A DNA stretch of 64,000 nucleotides from Candidatus Magasanikbacteria bacterium CG1_02_41_34 (GTDB lineage: Bacteria; Patescibacteriota; Patescibacteriia; Magasanikbacterales; UBA922). The notes under the pieces were generated by a model that did not search any database, was not told where the DNA came from, and saw only the letters and a program-made list of their open reading frames with translations. Each line of letters begins with the position of its first letter. Positions within the stretch are counted from its first letter, which is position 1. The stretch is from positions 29,382 through 93,381 of the forward strand of contig MNVD01000011.1 in assembly GCA_001871445.1 (NCBI GenBank), given 5' to 3'. Shown piece after piece: positions 1 through 8,052 of this stretch. A program made the position numbers and the translations under genes.

Positions 1-1710
1 AATGCCAGTAGTGTCGACAGTACAATGAGAAAAAAACTTATCTCAAATATACATGAGTCTATGTATTTGTATGATACGACTGGAAAAAAACTTACGTACT
101 GGCCAGGGACATATTTACTAAATATGACGAGTGCATCTGTTCGAGATACTATAAGTGATTTTGTTGCACAAGACATCCTTTCTTCTGGATTGTGGGACGG
201 GGTATTTTATGACAATGCATGGGGATCACTTGATTGGGCAATTCCTGGTGGAAATGTGGATTTTGATAGAAATGGAACGAATGATTTGCCTGGATCTGGT
301 AATGCCGTATGGACAGAGGCAACAAGGCACTTATATCAGGAAACAAGAAAAAAAATTGGGAAAGATGCAATCATGGTTGGCAACGGGTGGACAGATATCT
401 ACGCAGATGTGCTCGATGGTATGATGATCGAGGGATTTGATGAAGGAAATTGGACACAGCACATGACATTGTATAGAAACAACCATAGACCAGGAGGGTC
501 TTACAATATTATCAATGTGAATACAGAGAATACAGGATTATCAGCTGATTATAGAGCTATGCGTTTTGGATTGACGAGTTCTTTACTTGAAGATGGGTAT
601 TATTCTTTTGATTTTGGAAATCAAAATCATGGTCAGACGTGGGCATATGATGAGTATGCTGTGCATCTTGGTAATGCCACAGGTATTGCTTCTTCTGATT
701 CTGGAGTAGTAACGTACAATCCTGATGTGTGGAGGAGAGAATATGAACAAGGCATATCGGTAGTGAATAGTACGGGGCAAACAAAACAAATAGACCTTGG
801 TGGAGAATATGAAAAAATTCATGGCATCCAAGACCTTGTTGCCAATGATGGCTCTATTATTTCTGAGCTGACATTAGACGGATATGATGGTCGTGTGTTG
901 CTCAAAACCTTTGATAGTCTTGATGACGTGTTATTCCCCAATGGAGCATTTCTTCGTTTTTTTCGAAATGATGGATCTCGTGTAAGAAATGGTTTTTTTG
1001 TATTTGAAGATGGCTATAAGGGGGGGGATCAAGTAGCACATATTGATCTGAATGGCGATGGATTGAGAGATTTGTTTGTCGTTGCTGGAAATAAAATTCT
1101 TGCCTGGCGACACGATGGTCAACCATACATCAATCCACTGTACCCATACACGGCGAATTACAAAGGTGCACTTCGTGTCATGATAGGCGATATAAACAAT
1201 GATAACAATATGGAAGTATATGTTGCACCAGAATCAGGTTACCCTGCACCAATCAAAGTATATACACGATATGGATTTCCATTGCGTCAAGATTGGTTTC
1301 CGTTTGGTGAGACGTACAATGGAGGATATACCTTGGCACTCGCAGGATCGTCTCCTGTAGAAACAAAACATATTTTACTTGGTAGTGGTACCGGAGTGGA
1401 GCCTCGTGTTGGCATCTATACATGGGATTATAAATTTTTAAACAGCTGGCTTGCATTTGAAAAGTCATTTACCGGAGGGGTCAACGTTGCTGCTGGAGAT
1501 GTTAATGGAGATGATATTGATGAAGTGGTTGTCGGAGCTGGGAAGGGAAAAGGACCTCTTATCAGAGTGTTTAACGAAAATGGTATTCAACAAGGAGAGG
1601 ACATCTCTGCCTATGCATCAGTGGAGAAAACAGGTATTGACGTCCGTGTTCAGGATGTTGATTTTGATGGGAATGCTGATATTATTGGAATGAGCAATGA
1701 TGGATTTTAG
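1..1710 (+). CDS. Putative glycoside-hydrolase-like (GHL15-type) protein with C-terminal FG-GAP/VCBS-like repeats; 5'-partial
   Basis: Frame is open from base 1. Contains WDGVFYDN, MVGNG, DGMMIE and DVWRREYEQG.SVVN motifs, plus C-terminal DLNGDG/GDINND/GDVNGDD repeats. Confidence 0.6.
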   Translation, partial: NASSVDSTMRKKLISNIHESMYLYDTTGKKLTYWPGTYLLNMTSASVRDTISDFVAQDILSSGLWDGVFYDNAWGSLDWAIPGGNVDFDRNGTNDLPGSGNAVWTEATRHLYQETRKKIGKDAIMVGNGWTDIYADVLDGMMIEGFDEGNWTQHMTLYRNNHRPGGSYNIINVNTENTGLSADYRAMRFGLTSSLLEDGYYSFDFGNQNHGQTWAYDEYAVHLGNATGIASSDSGVVTYNPDVWRREYEQGISVVNSTGQTKQIDLGGEYEKIHGIQDLVANDGSIISELTLDGYDGRVLLKTFDSLDDVLFPNGAFLRFFRNDGSRVRNGFFVFEDGYKGGDQVAHIDLNGDGLRDLFVVAGNKILAWRHDGQPYINPLYPYTANYKGALRVMIGDINNDNNMEVYVAPESGYPAPIKVYTRYGFPLRQDWFPFGETYNGGYTLALAGSSPVETKHILLGSGTGVEPRVGIYTWDYKFLNSWLAFEKSFTGGVNVAAGDVNGDDIDEVVVGAGKGKGPLIRVFNENGIQQGEDISAYASVEKTGIDVRVQDVDFDGNADIIGMSNDGF

Positions 1711-1730
1711 TGACAACACATAGGACGCAT

Positions 1731-1763
1731 AAAAAAACACCGTTTGATTACGGTGTTTTTTTT
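1731..1763. terminator. Bidirectional intrinsic terminator
   Basis: AAAAAAACACCGT-ttgatt-ACGGTGTTTTTTTT between convergent genes. Confidence 0.85.
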
Positions 1764-1774
1764 GTTATGTTATT

Positions 1775-2986
1775 TTATGCATTATTGTGTGCTGTTTTTA
1801 CCTGATGTTTAGCCGTAGGTTTGATATGTGTTGCATATGCTGATTCGTACAAGTTTACAAGCATTTCGGTACTATGTTTCCAATCATAATTTTTGGTGAC
1901 ATATATTTTATTTGCCTGTCCAATGGCATCTTGTTCTTGTTGTGACAAATTCAAAAATTCAAGAATTTTTTCTTCGAGTGCATCAGGATCATTTTCTCTG
2001 AAGAGCATGTGTGGATTTTGGATGAGCTGTATGTGCTCTGGAATGGCAGAAACCAATGTTGGTTTTCCATATCCCATTGCCTCAAGAACAGCCAAGGGCA
2101 TCCCCTCTGTAATTGATGGATGTATAAAGCCAAGTGAGCCTCTAAACAAATCTTCGAGTGCACCACCAGACTGAAAGTCTGTAAAAATAATATCACTACA
2201 GGCACTCGCTTGCTTGTGAAGAGAGGCAACATAGGTATTTGTATATACAGAACCACCAACAATAACAAGTTTTAATGTTCGTACAATGTCGTTTTCTTTG
2301 TGAGACTCTTTGAGATGCACAAAAGCATCGATCAATATATGGCTGGCCTTTGCAGGAATAAGCCTGCTCACAAGAAGTAGATAGTTATTTTTTTCAAGAT
2401 TAAATTCATCTAAGATGGTTGTTTTTGTATGATATGGTACAGTGGCATCTTCATCGTGTATTGTTGTCCCATTTGGTATATAATGTGTTTTTGCCTTAAA
2501 TTCTTTTCTACAATAGGATTCCAATGCTGGTGCAATAACGATTGTTTCATGAGGAAATATATGAGAGAATCGCTCTCCAAGACGAAGCATCGTGCGGGCA
2601 AACCATCCCCATTTTTCGTGGTATCTATCGATAGAGTGAAACGTACTCACAATAAGCGTTTTTGGTGAAAATACTCGTGGAATCCATGACAAAAGAGAAG
2701 GCCCAACCCCGTGGTAGTGAATAATATCTACCTTTTTGAAGATAGCATGAAATGTTGAAAGAAAGGTGTGGACAATAGCATCAAGGTGCTTTGTACGGAT
2801 CGTAGGGACCGTTGTAATCGTTATACCATTCACGTTGCCATGCTGCTTGCCTCCATACCATTCACGATTGTATACCGTGACTGTATGCCCATAACGAACA
2901 AGACGTTCACTGATTTCAGCGACGTGTCGTTCCACCCCACCGTAGTGAGCTGGATAGCCTTTTTGTCCGATCATTGCAATCTTCAT
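1775..2986 (-). CDS. Glycosyltransferase family 4
   Basis: MKIAMIGQKGYPAHYGGVERH N-terminus and EGMPLAVLEAMGYG (EX7E) motif. Start moved from 3049 to ATG 2986 because a promoter covers 3040-3068. Confidence 0.9.
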   Translation of the reverse strand: MKIAMIGQKGYPAHYGGVERHVAEISERLVRYGHTVTVYNREWYGGKQHGNVNGITITTVPTIRTKHLDAIVHTFLSTFHAIFKKVDIIHYHGVGPSLLSWIPRVFSPKTLIVSTFHSIDRYHEKWGWFARTMLRLGERFSHIFPHETIVIAPALESYCRKEFKAKTHYIPNGTTIHDEDATVPYHTKTTILDEFNLEKNNYLLLVSRLIPAKASHILIDAFVHLKESHKENDIVRTLKLVIVGGSVYTNTYVASLHKQASACSDIIFTDFQSGGALEDLFRGSLGFIHPSITEGMPLAVLEAMGYGKPTLVSAIPEHIQLIQNPHMLFRENDPDALEEKILEFLNLSQQEQDAIGQANKIYVTKNYDWKHSTEMLVNLYESAYATHIKPTAKHQVKTAHNNA

Positions 2987-3039
2987 ATGTTCGTGTTCAC
3001 CTTTTGAGGATAATACAAATTTGCCTAAATTAACAGAAA

Positions 3040-3068
3040 AATATACCATATGTTCGTGTGTTTGTCAA
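3040..3068 (-). promoter_or_regulatory. Sigma70-type promoter of the GT4 gene
   Basis: Minus strand TTGACA-N17-TATATT with extended -10 TGn. Confidence 0.7.
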
Positions 3069-3093
3069 GTGTGTTGATGCGTTGGTAAAGATA

Positions 3094-3127
3094 ATTAAAA
3101 AAGCGCTCTATAGAGCGCTTTTTTAAT
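3094..3127. terminator. Intrinsic terminator (perfect 34-bp palindrome)
   Basis: ATTAAAAAAGCGCTCTA|TAGAGCGCTTTTTTAAT just downstream of the minus-strand gene ending at 3139. Confidence 0.85.
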
Positions 3128-3138
3128 AGATTTTCTTG

Positions 3139-4932
3139 CTACTGTACCCGTACACCTTTTGATTGTCCTATGGAGTCACTAACAAGTGATGCTGATACCG
3201 ATCCGTAGGATGTTGTGAGTGTGTTGTCTATATACGGATCTCTGGCAGATACCGTTGCTCCTGAGGTCAATGCAGGAATTGTCCCTATGGCAGAAGCACT
3301 TGGTGTTACTGCAATTTCAAAATATATACCAACGGTTTCATAGGGATTCATCGTTCTTGCATACCAGGTTGCTTTTCCTGTTGTAGGATTGAACGTAATA
3401 TCGCCGCCACGACTGACGCTTGATTTTCCAGTCCACACAGCTCCTGTGGCAAGTGTTGTTGAAAAGGATATGTCTTCTAGTTCACCTACGGTATTATGTA
3501 TCTGTGTAAAAATCCAATACGTTGTTTCTTCCCCGACCTGTGGTGGCAGTGAACCTCGTCCGAGCTGATCTCCTTCGTCCGTATAATAGCGTGATGATTG
3601 GCTGAGTGATAGTGTTGTTCCTACTGGAAGTGGTGGTGTTTCTGTCAGTGTATGATACGTGTAGGCAGGAAGAGAAAATATATTAGCATCAAATGAGATC
3701 GATGGCGCAAATACTGCTCCTTGTGTTGCCTGGATTACGTTTGTTGCATTGACGAGTGTGTTGATGGTCACAGGAATTGTTTCTCCTGGCTGCAACATAC
3801 TTTTTTTCAAGTTTACTGTTTTTCCAAGCACGGTCACACGTGAATGTTCGAGTGGAGTATTTCCTGTATTTTCAACACGAAGTGTCAAGAGTATGTTGTC
3901 ACCGAGTGTGACATAGGTATTATCCCAAGATGCCGAAATTTTCACTTGTGGTGTTGCAAGCGGAAGGGTAAAAGGGTGTTGTACTTCTGGCAGTGGATAT
4001 TCCACTGTCGGTACAGATATCCATGGTACAAATGACCAAGGAAAATTTGAGGGACCTGTCGGTGGTGAGATATGAATAGTACCCGATAGCGTTGCTTTGT
4101 CATGAGAATTGAGATTTGATATGTACCACTTTCCTTCGTCAAAATCAATGCTTCCAATCGAAGACGTTGCCGTATCCCATGTGGCATACCCATGATCTTC
4201 TTGTATATCAATATAAAAATCTGGAAATACAAAGTCCTGCTGATTTGTTACCGTGAGTGAAACAGGAATAGATGTGTTTGCAATATATTGCGGTGGTCCA
4301 TCAAATGAAATATTGAGACTTTGTTCACGAGTCGTGAGATACAACCGACGTACATCAGATTCAGGTGTTTGTTTCCCCTCCTGTGTATAAAGAAGCATGG
4401 TATTGAAAGACTGATGTTCTCCTGGAGAGCTAAACAGTTGTCCTGAAATAGTAACCTTTCCTACTTCACCTGGTGGCAGTGATGCCACAGCAATACGAAT
4501 TGTGTTGTCTTTTTCGAGTATATATGGCTCAGTTGATGAGGTTATAATGAATCCTCTATATGTATGAAGAATAAGTTCTGGTTGTATGAGTGTGACATTG
4601 CTTTCATTTGTATACGTGATACGAAGCAAAACTTCGTCACCACTGCGAAAACGTTCTTGTGTGACCTCTGCTGTCACATCGAGATGCACGAGTGCAGTGA
4701 TTGTAGGGTCATAGAGCCACCAAAACATGGTTGCAACAAAAAGCACAATTGTTGATAGCGTGAGGAGCATGTCAAACACAAATAATTTTTTCGCATGAGA
4801 AAATTTGAGGTGATACTGCGTTTTGTATCTCATCTCCGCATGGTGAATAGGGGAGAGGAGGAGAGCCGCAAACCACTTGTGAGGATTGTGTTTGAATTGG
4901 TGAAAAGTGAAGTGTTGCTCGTAAAATTTCAT
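3139..4932 (-). CDS. Membrane-anchored extracellular protein with Ig-like (DUF11/CARDB-like) domains
   Basis: 597 aa ORF with one TM segment near residues 50-72. Has beta-rich T/P-rich domains (LTLRVENTGNTPL, LTVTNQ) and a C-terminal GSLPPQVGEETTYWI motif. Confidence 0.6.
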   Translation of the reverse strand: MKFYEQHFTFHQFKHNPHKWFAALLLSPIHHAEMRYKTQYHLKFSHAKKLFVFDMLLTLSTIVLFVATMFWWLYDPTITALVHLDVTAEVTQERFRSGDEVLLRITYTNESNVTLIQPELILHTYRGFIITSSTEPYILEKDNTIRIAVASLPPGEVGKVTISGQLFSSPGEHQSFNTMLLYTQEGKQTPESDVRRLYLTTREQSLNISFDGPPQYIANTSIPVSLTVTNQQDFVFPDFYIDIQEDHGYATWDTATSSIGSIDFDEGKWYISNLNSHDKATLSGTIHISPPTGPSNFPWSFVPWISVPTVEYPLPEVQHPFTLPLATPQVKISASWDNTYVTLGDNILLTLRVENTGNTPLEHSRVTVLGKTVNLKKSMLQPGETIPVTINTLVNATNVIQATQGAVFAPSISFDANIFSLPAYTYHTLTETPPLPVGTTLSLSQSSRYYTDEGDQLGRGSLPPQVGEETTYWIFTQIHNTVGELEDISFSTTLATGAVWTGKSSVSRGGDITFNPTTGKATWYARTMNPYETVGIYFEIAVTPSASAIGTIPALTSGATVSARDPYIDNTLTTSYGSVSASLVSDSIGQSKGVRVQ

Positions 4933-4992
4933 ATGGTGATAGTATACGTCTTTTCTGGATGCATTGGAAGAATACGCAACTCAATCTTCTTA

Positions 4993-5026
4993 AAACAAAA
5001 AATCGGCTTTCACCGATTCTTTGTTT
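4993..5026 (-). terminator. Probable terminator of the HTH gene
   Basis: Minus-strand RNA stem AAACAAAGAAUCGG/CCGAUUUUUUGUUU overlapping the stop codon. Confidence 0.55.
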
Positions 5027-5363
5027 ATGAAGTTACCTCTTGAGTTTCATCCTCTTTGTTTTTGTGTAATCTCTTTGCTGACTTCTTGCTGGGAGAGTAA
5101 AGGGTATTCTTAATTTTCCACTTATCCACATACTGTCCAATGCCTTTTGTATTCGATTTATTTCGAACGGTCGTCTTCTGTTGTGACCACTTTACTAGAC
5201 TTTCGAAGTTGATCTTGTATCTTCCTGCTACCACTACATAGGTCACTTCTTGGCTTTTGATTGCTCGTCGTATAGTCTGAGGGTTCACCCCAAAGAGGCG
5301 AGCTGCCTCGGATATAGATACTCGAACAATTTCTTGACCTTCGTTTTGAATGATTTCAGGCAT
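5025..5363 (-). CDS. HTH_17/excisionase-like DNA-binding protein
   Basis: VSISEAARLFGVNPQTIRRAIK...GRYKI pattern. Start set at ATG 5363, downstream of the promoter. Confidence 0.8.
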   Translation of the reverse strand: MPEIIQNEGQEIVRVSISEAARLFGVNPQTIRRAIKSQEVTYVVVAGRYKINFESLVKWSQQKTTVRNKSNTKGIGQYVDKWKIKNTLYSPSKKSAKRLHKNKEDETQEVTS

Positions 5364-5387
5364 ATTTGTGTATGTTTTTGTATACAA

Positions 5388-5416
5388 AATGTATCATAAA
5401 ACCACTTTTTTGTCAA
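5388..5416 (-). promoter_or_regulatory. Sigma70-type promoter of the HTH gene with adjacent palindrome
   Basis: Minus strand TTGACA-N17-TACATT with TGn extension; TTTTGTATACAAAA palindrome at 5376-5389. Confidence 0.65.
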
Positions 5417-5769
5417 GAGCGTTATCTTTCTTTTTTATTTAAATAGTATACTAGTATATACAAAAACTGCATCTGTAGTACTGTGCGTAGAATAATATTG
5501 AGCAAAGTATACAATAATATATACAAATAGGTACAACAATGTAGAGTTTCCTTTTGTGAATATATGTATATTGTACGACGCATATTAGACGGTTGGTACG
5601 TATATGAGTCAAATTATAACGTAGTTTATTAGCATTGTTGACATTTTTTGTACACTTTTGACATTCAACCTATAAACAATTGCACTATTACACCTCGTAA
5701 GTATGGATTTTTTTAGGTATATCTGCTATACTGCTCTCGTTTCCGGTTGAAATGGATGGACAAAGGAAC

Positions 5770-5795
5770 TGTAACGTTTTCTTATCTTTCACGTC
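5770..5795 (+). promoter_or_regulatory. ECF-sigma-type promoter (probably autoregulatory)
   Basis: TGTAAC-N16-CGTC ending 8 nt before ATG 5804; matches the AAC...CGT ECF consensus. Confidence 0.7.
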
Positions 5796-5803
5796 TTCTA
5801 TTT

Positions 5804-6361
5804 ATGAAGAAGGTTAAAAGCCGAATCATTGTACAACGCATACAGAAAGGAAAGGATAGTAATGCTTTCGCAGAGCTATATGACGCGTATGTAGAAAAGA
5901 TGTATCGGTTCATTTCATTTAAAGTGGGCAATCGCCATGTTGCTGAGGATCTGACTAGTGAGTTGTTTCTCAAACTTTGGGAATATCTGACTACCGGAAA
6001 GCAGGTGGACATACAGAGTCTCAACGGACTCGTGTATAGAATGGCGAGAAACCTAGTTATCGATTATTATCGAAAACATGCAGCAGTACAGGAATGTGCG
6101 GTTGAAGATATTTTGCATATATCCGATGGTGTAGATATTGCCGAGCGAGTACATCTTGATATCGAAGTTACAAGTATCCTTTCTCATGTACGAGATTTGA
6201 AACAAGAATATCAGGAGGTTATTCTCCTCAGGTACATTGAAGAACTTTCTATCAAAGAAATTGCAGAAGTGATGAAAAAAAAACGTGGAGCTGTCCGAGT
6301 TACATTGCATCGAGCGACAAAAACACTTCAAGATATACTCATAGATCATCCTTCATCGTAA
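5804..6361 (+). CDS. ECF-family RNA polymerase sigma-70 factor
   Basis: Region 2 (AFAELYDAY...AEDLTSELFLK...MARNLVIDYYRK) and region 4 (YQEVILLRYIEELSIKEIAEVM...VRVTLHRA). Start moved to ATG 5804. Confidence 0.92.
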   Translation: MKKVKSRIIVQRIQKGKDSNAFAELYDAYVEKMYRFISFKVGNRHVAEDLTSELFLKLWEYLTTGKQVDIQSLNGLVYRMARNLVIDYYRKHAAVQECAVEDILHISDGVDIAERVHLDIEVTSILSHVRDLKQEYQEVILLRYIEELSIKEIAEVMKKKRGAVRVTLHRATKTLQDILIDHPSS

Positions 6362-6371
6362 TACTCATTTT

Positions 6372-7718
6372 GTGTCAAGAATACTCAAAGCACAACTCAA
6401 AAAAGTAAAAAACCTTGAAGGACGTATCAATCCTGACCAGGCTTGGGTTGCGCGTACAAAAACATCATTACTCCAAACAATTGCTTCTGAGACTATAGTA
6501 GCTACAACACCTGTCCGTGCAATGGTAGGAAAAAAACGAGCAGAACAGATGCTTCAAGGGTTTCAAGCTTTTTTCCCAAAAAATATTTTTTCACAAGCAA
6601 GACCAGTATTTATTTCATTGCTGGTTTTTTTGCTTGCTGGGAGTGGGTGGATTGCAAGCGCAAGTGCATCAGAAAGTCTTCCTGGTGACACGTTATGGCA
6701 AGTAAAATTGGCATCAGAAAAAACACAGATTGTTCTTGCAAGCATTACCGGTAATGATAAAAAGAACGTTGCTCTCCAGCTCAAATTTGCAGCACGACGA
6801 GCTGACGAGATCAAGATTGTTACTGGCGAAGAAAAATTTGCACCTGAAGAAAAAGCAAAGCGTGCAGGAGAGGGACTCAAGCAGTTGCAAGAAAACATTG
6901 CTTCTGTAGATACTGCTGTTCATTCTGATGAACAAAAAGAAGATATTAGTAAAGGCGCAAAAGAACTCAATGAGAGTACGGCACAAATCAGTGCTACATT
7001 AAAAGAAGTTGCAAGTACAGTGCAGGATGGTGATGCAGATGCCACACTTACCAAACAAGTCGCCGCAGCACAGCAAGCTGTCGATGAAGTGGGTATCAAT
7101 GCTGTGAAGGTCGCCGTAGAAGGTGCGCAAAATGATGTAGAGCGCACTGCTGCTCAAGTGTTGGTAGAAGAAAAAATAGTCTCAGTGCTCTCTGATGCTG
7201 ATGGTGCGTTGTCCAAAAATGCAGAAGCAAAGGCGCTCATCGAGAATGTAGATGTATCTGAAGGAACTGACGCTACTCACGTTTCTTCTACGATTGCGTT
7301 GAATGACGCACAAGCATCGAGTACTACTGTTACAACAGTAACGAGTGTTTTCGGCACAACAAGTACTGTTAAAGGAATTTCTACTGAAGGAGATGGTGTA
7401 GTTCCTTCACAGACAACAAAACAAATGGTTACTGCCATCCTGGAGCAAGCAGACAAAACGTCTGAGGCAGTGCAAGCGCAAGTTGATCAAATAAAGCAGC
7501 TTATTTCAAACAATGATTTGACTGGGGCACTCGAAAAAGCAAAAGAATTGAAACGAACAACTGTTGTTTCCACACTTCAGACATTGGAAATAAACAAAAC
7601 TGTAGAGCAAGTGACGAATGCTACGCAAACAAAAACATCTGTTGTTCCAAGTAGTAGTGTCACACCACAAAAAACAATTCTTGTACCGATAATATCTACA
7701 AGTACTAGTAAGATCTAG
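6372..7718 (+). CDS. Putative anti-sigma factor, DUF5667-like, single TM, Ser/Thr-rich extracellular tail
   Basis: Directly follows the ECF sigma gene. A TM helix precedes the ASESLPGDTLWQVKLASEK...AARRADE signature. Confidence 0.7.
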   Translation: MSRILKAQLKKVKNLEGRINPDQAWVARTKTSLLQTIASETIVATTPVRAMVGKKRAEQMLQGFQAFFPKNIFSQARPVFISLLVFLLAGSGWIASASASESLPGDTLWQVKLASEKTQIVLASITGNDKKNVALQLKFAARRADEIKIVTGEEKFAPEEKAKRAGEGLKQLQENIASVDTAVHSDEQKEDISKGAKELNESTAQISATLKEVASTVQDGDADATLTKQVAAAQQAVDEVGINAVKVAVEGAQNDVERTAAQVLVEEKIVSVLSDADGALSKNAEAKALIENVDVSEGTDATHVSSTIALNDAQASSTTVTTVTSVFGTTSTVKGISTEGDGVVPSQTTKQMVTAILEQADKTSEAVQAQVDQIKQLISNNDLTGALEKAKELKRTTVVSTLQTLEINKTVEQVTNATQTKTSVVPSSSVTPQKTILVPIISTSTSKI

Positions 7719-7722
7719 TAAC

Positions 7723-8033
7723 GCACCATGTGTGTACGTGTGTGTTGCTCTAAGATGAAGAGGGGCAGTACACACGTGTACGATATGTGCACGGACGTTA
7801 ATTCAACTTATGACGTGTTACTGTATGGCTTTTCCTTCGACCTCTGGTCGGGGGAGGCTGCCATACAGTAGGCACCTTCTTGATTTGTTCACCCATATTG
7901 GGTGAGATCAAGAACCCATAATACAAAGGTCGAGTCTTCCCAGGCGTATCATGGCATGTACTCTGGGTACATAACACTTCATCTTTATTGACCGTCCTTG
8001 CTATCGCTATGGATGAGCGCAACAAAGGTGGAG
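7723..8033 (+). ncRNA. Highly structured non-coding leader/ncRNA upstream of the S-layer-like gene
   Basis: At least four long stems (7732-7781, 7819-7870, 7877-7914, 7977-8033) with many G-U pairs that form only on the + strand. Confidence 0.6.
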
Positions 8034-8052
8034 CATATATATAAATATTATT

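Noticed and set aside
1020-1027. G8 tract (also A9 at 6275-6283 and A10 at 31180-31189) as phase-variation switches
   Set aside because: The genes are in frame, the tracts are short, and A-runs are expected in AT-rich DNA. Read-level data would be needed.
5122-5130. Perfect DnaA boxes (TTATCCACA at 5122; TGTGGATAA at 27062)
   Set aside because: Each is a single copy inside a coding sequence encoding V-D-K. There is no cluster and no nearby dnaA, so an origin is not supported.
7718-7740. Second ECF promoter (GTAAC...CGTG) before the RNA leader
   Set aside because: Spacing is 14 nt rather than 16, and the -10 lies within stem 1. Too weak to call.
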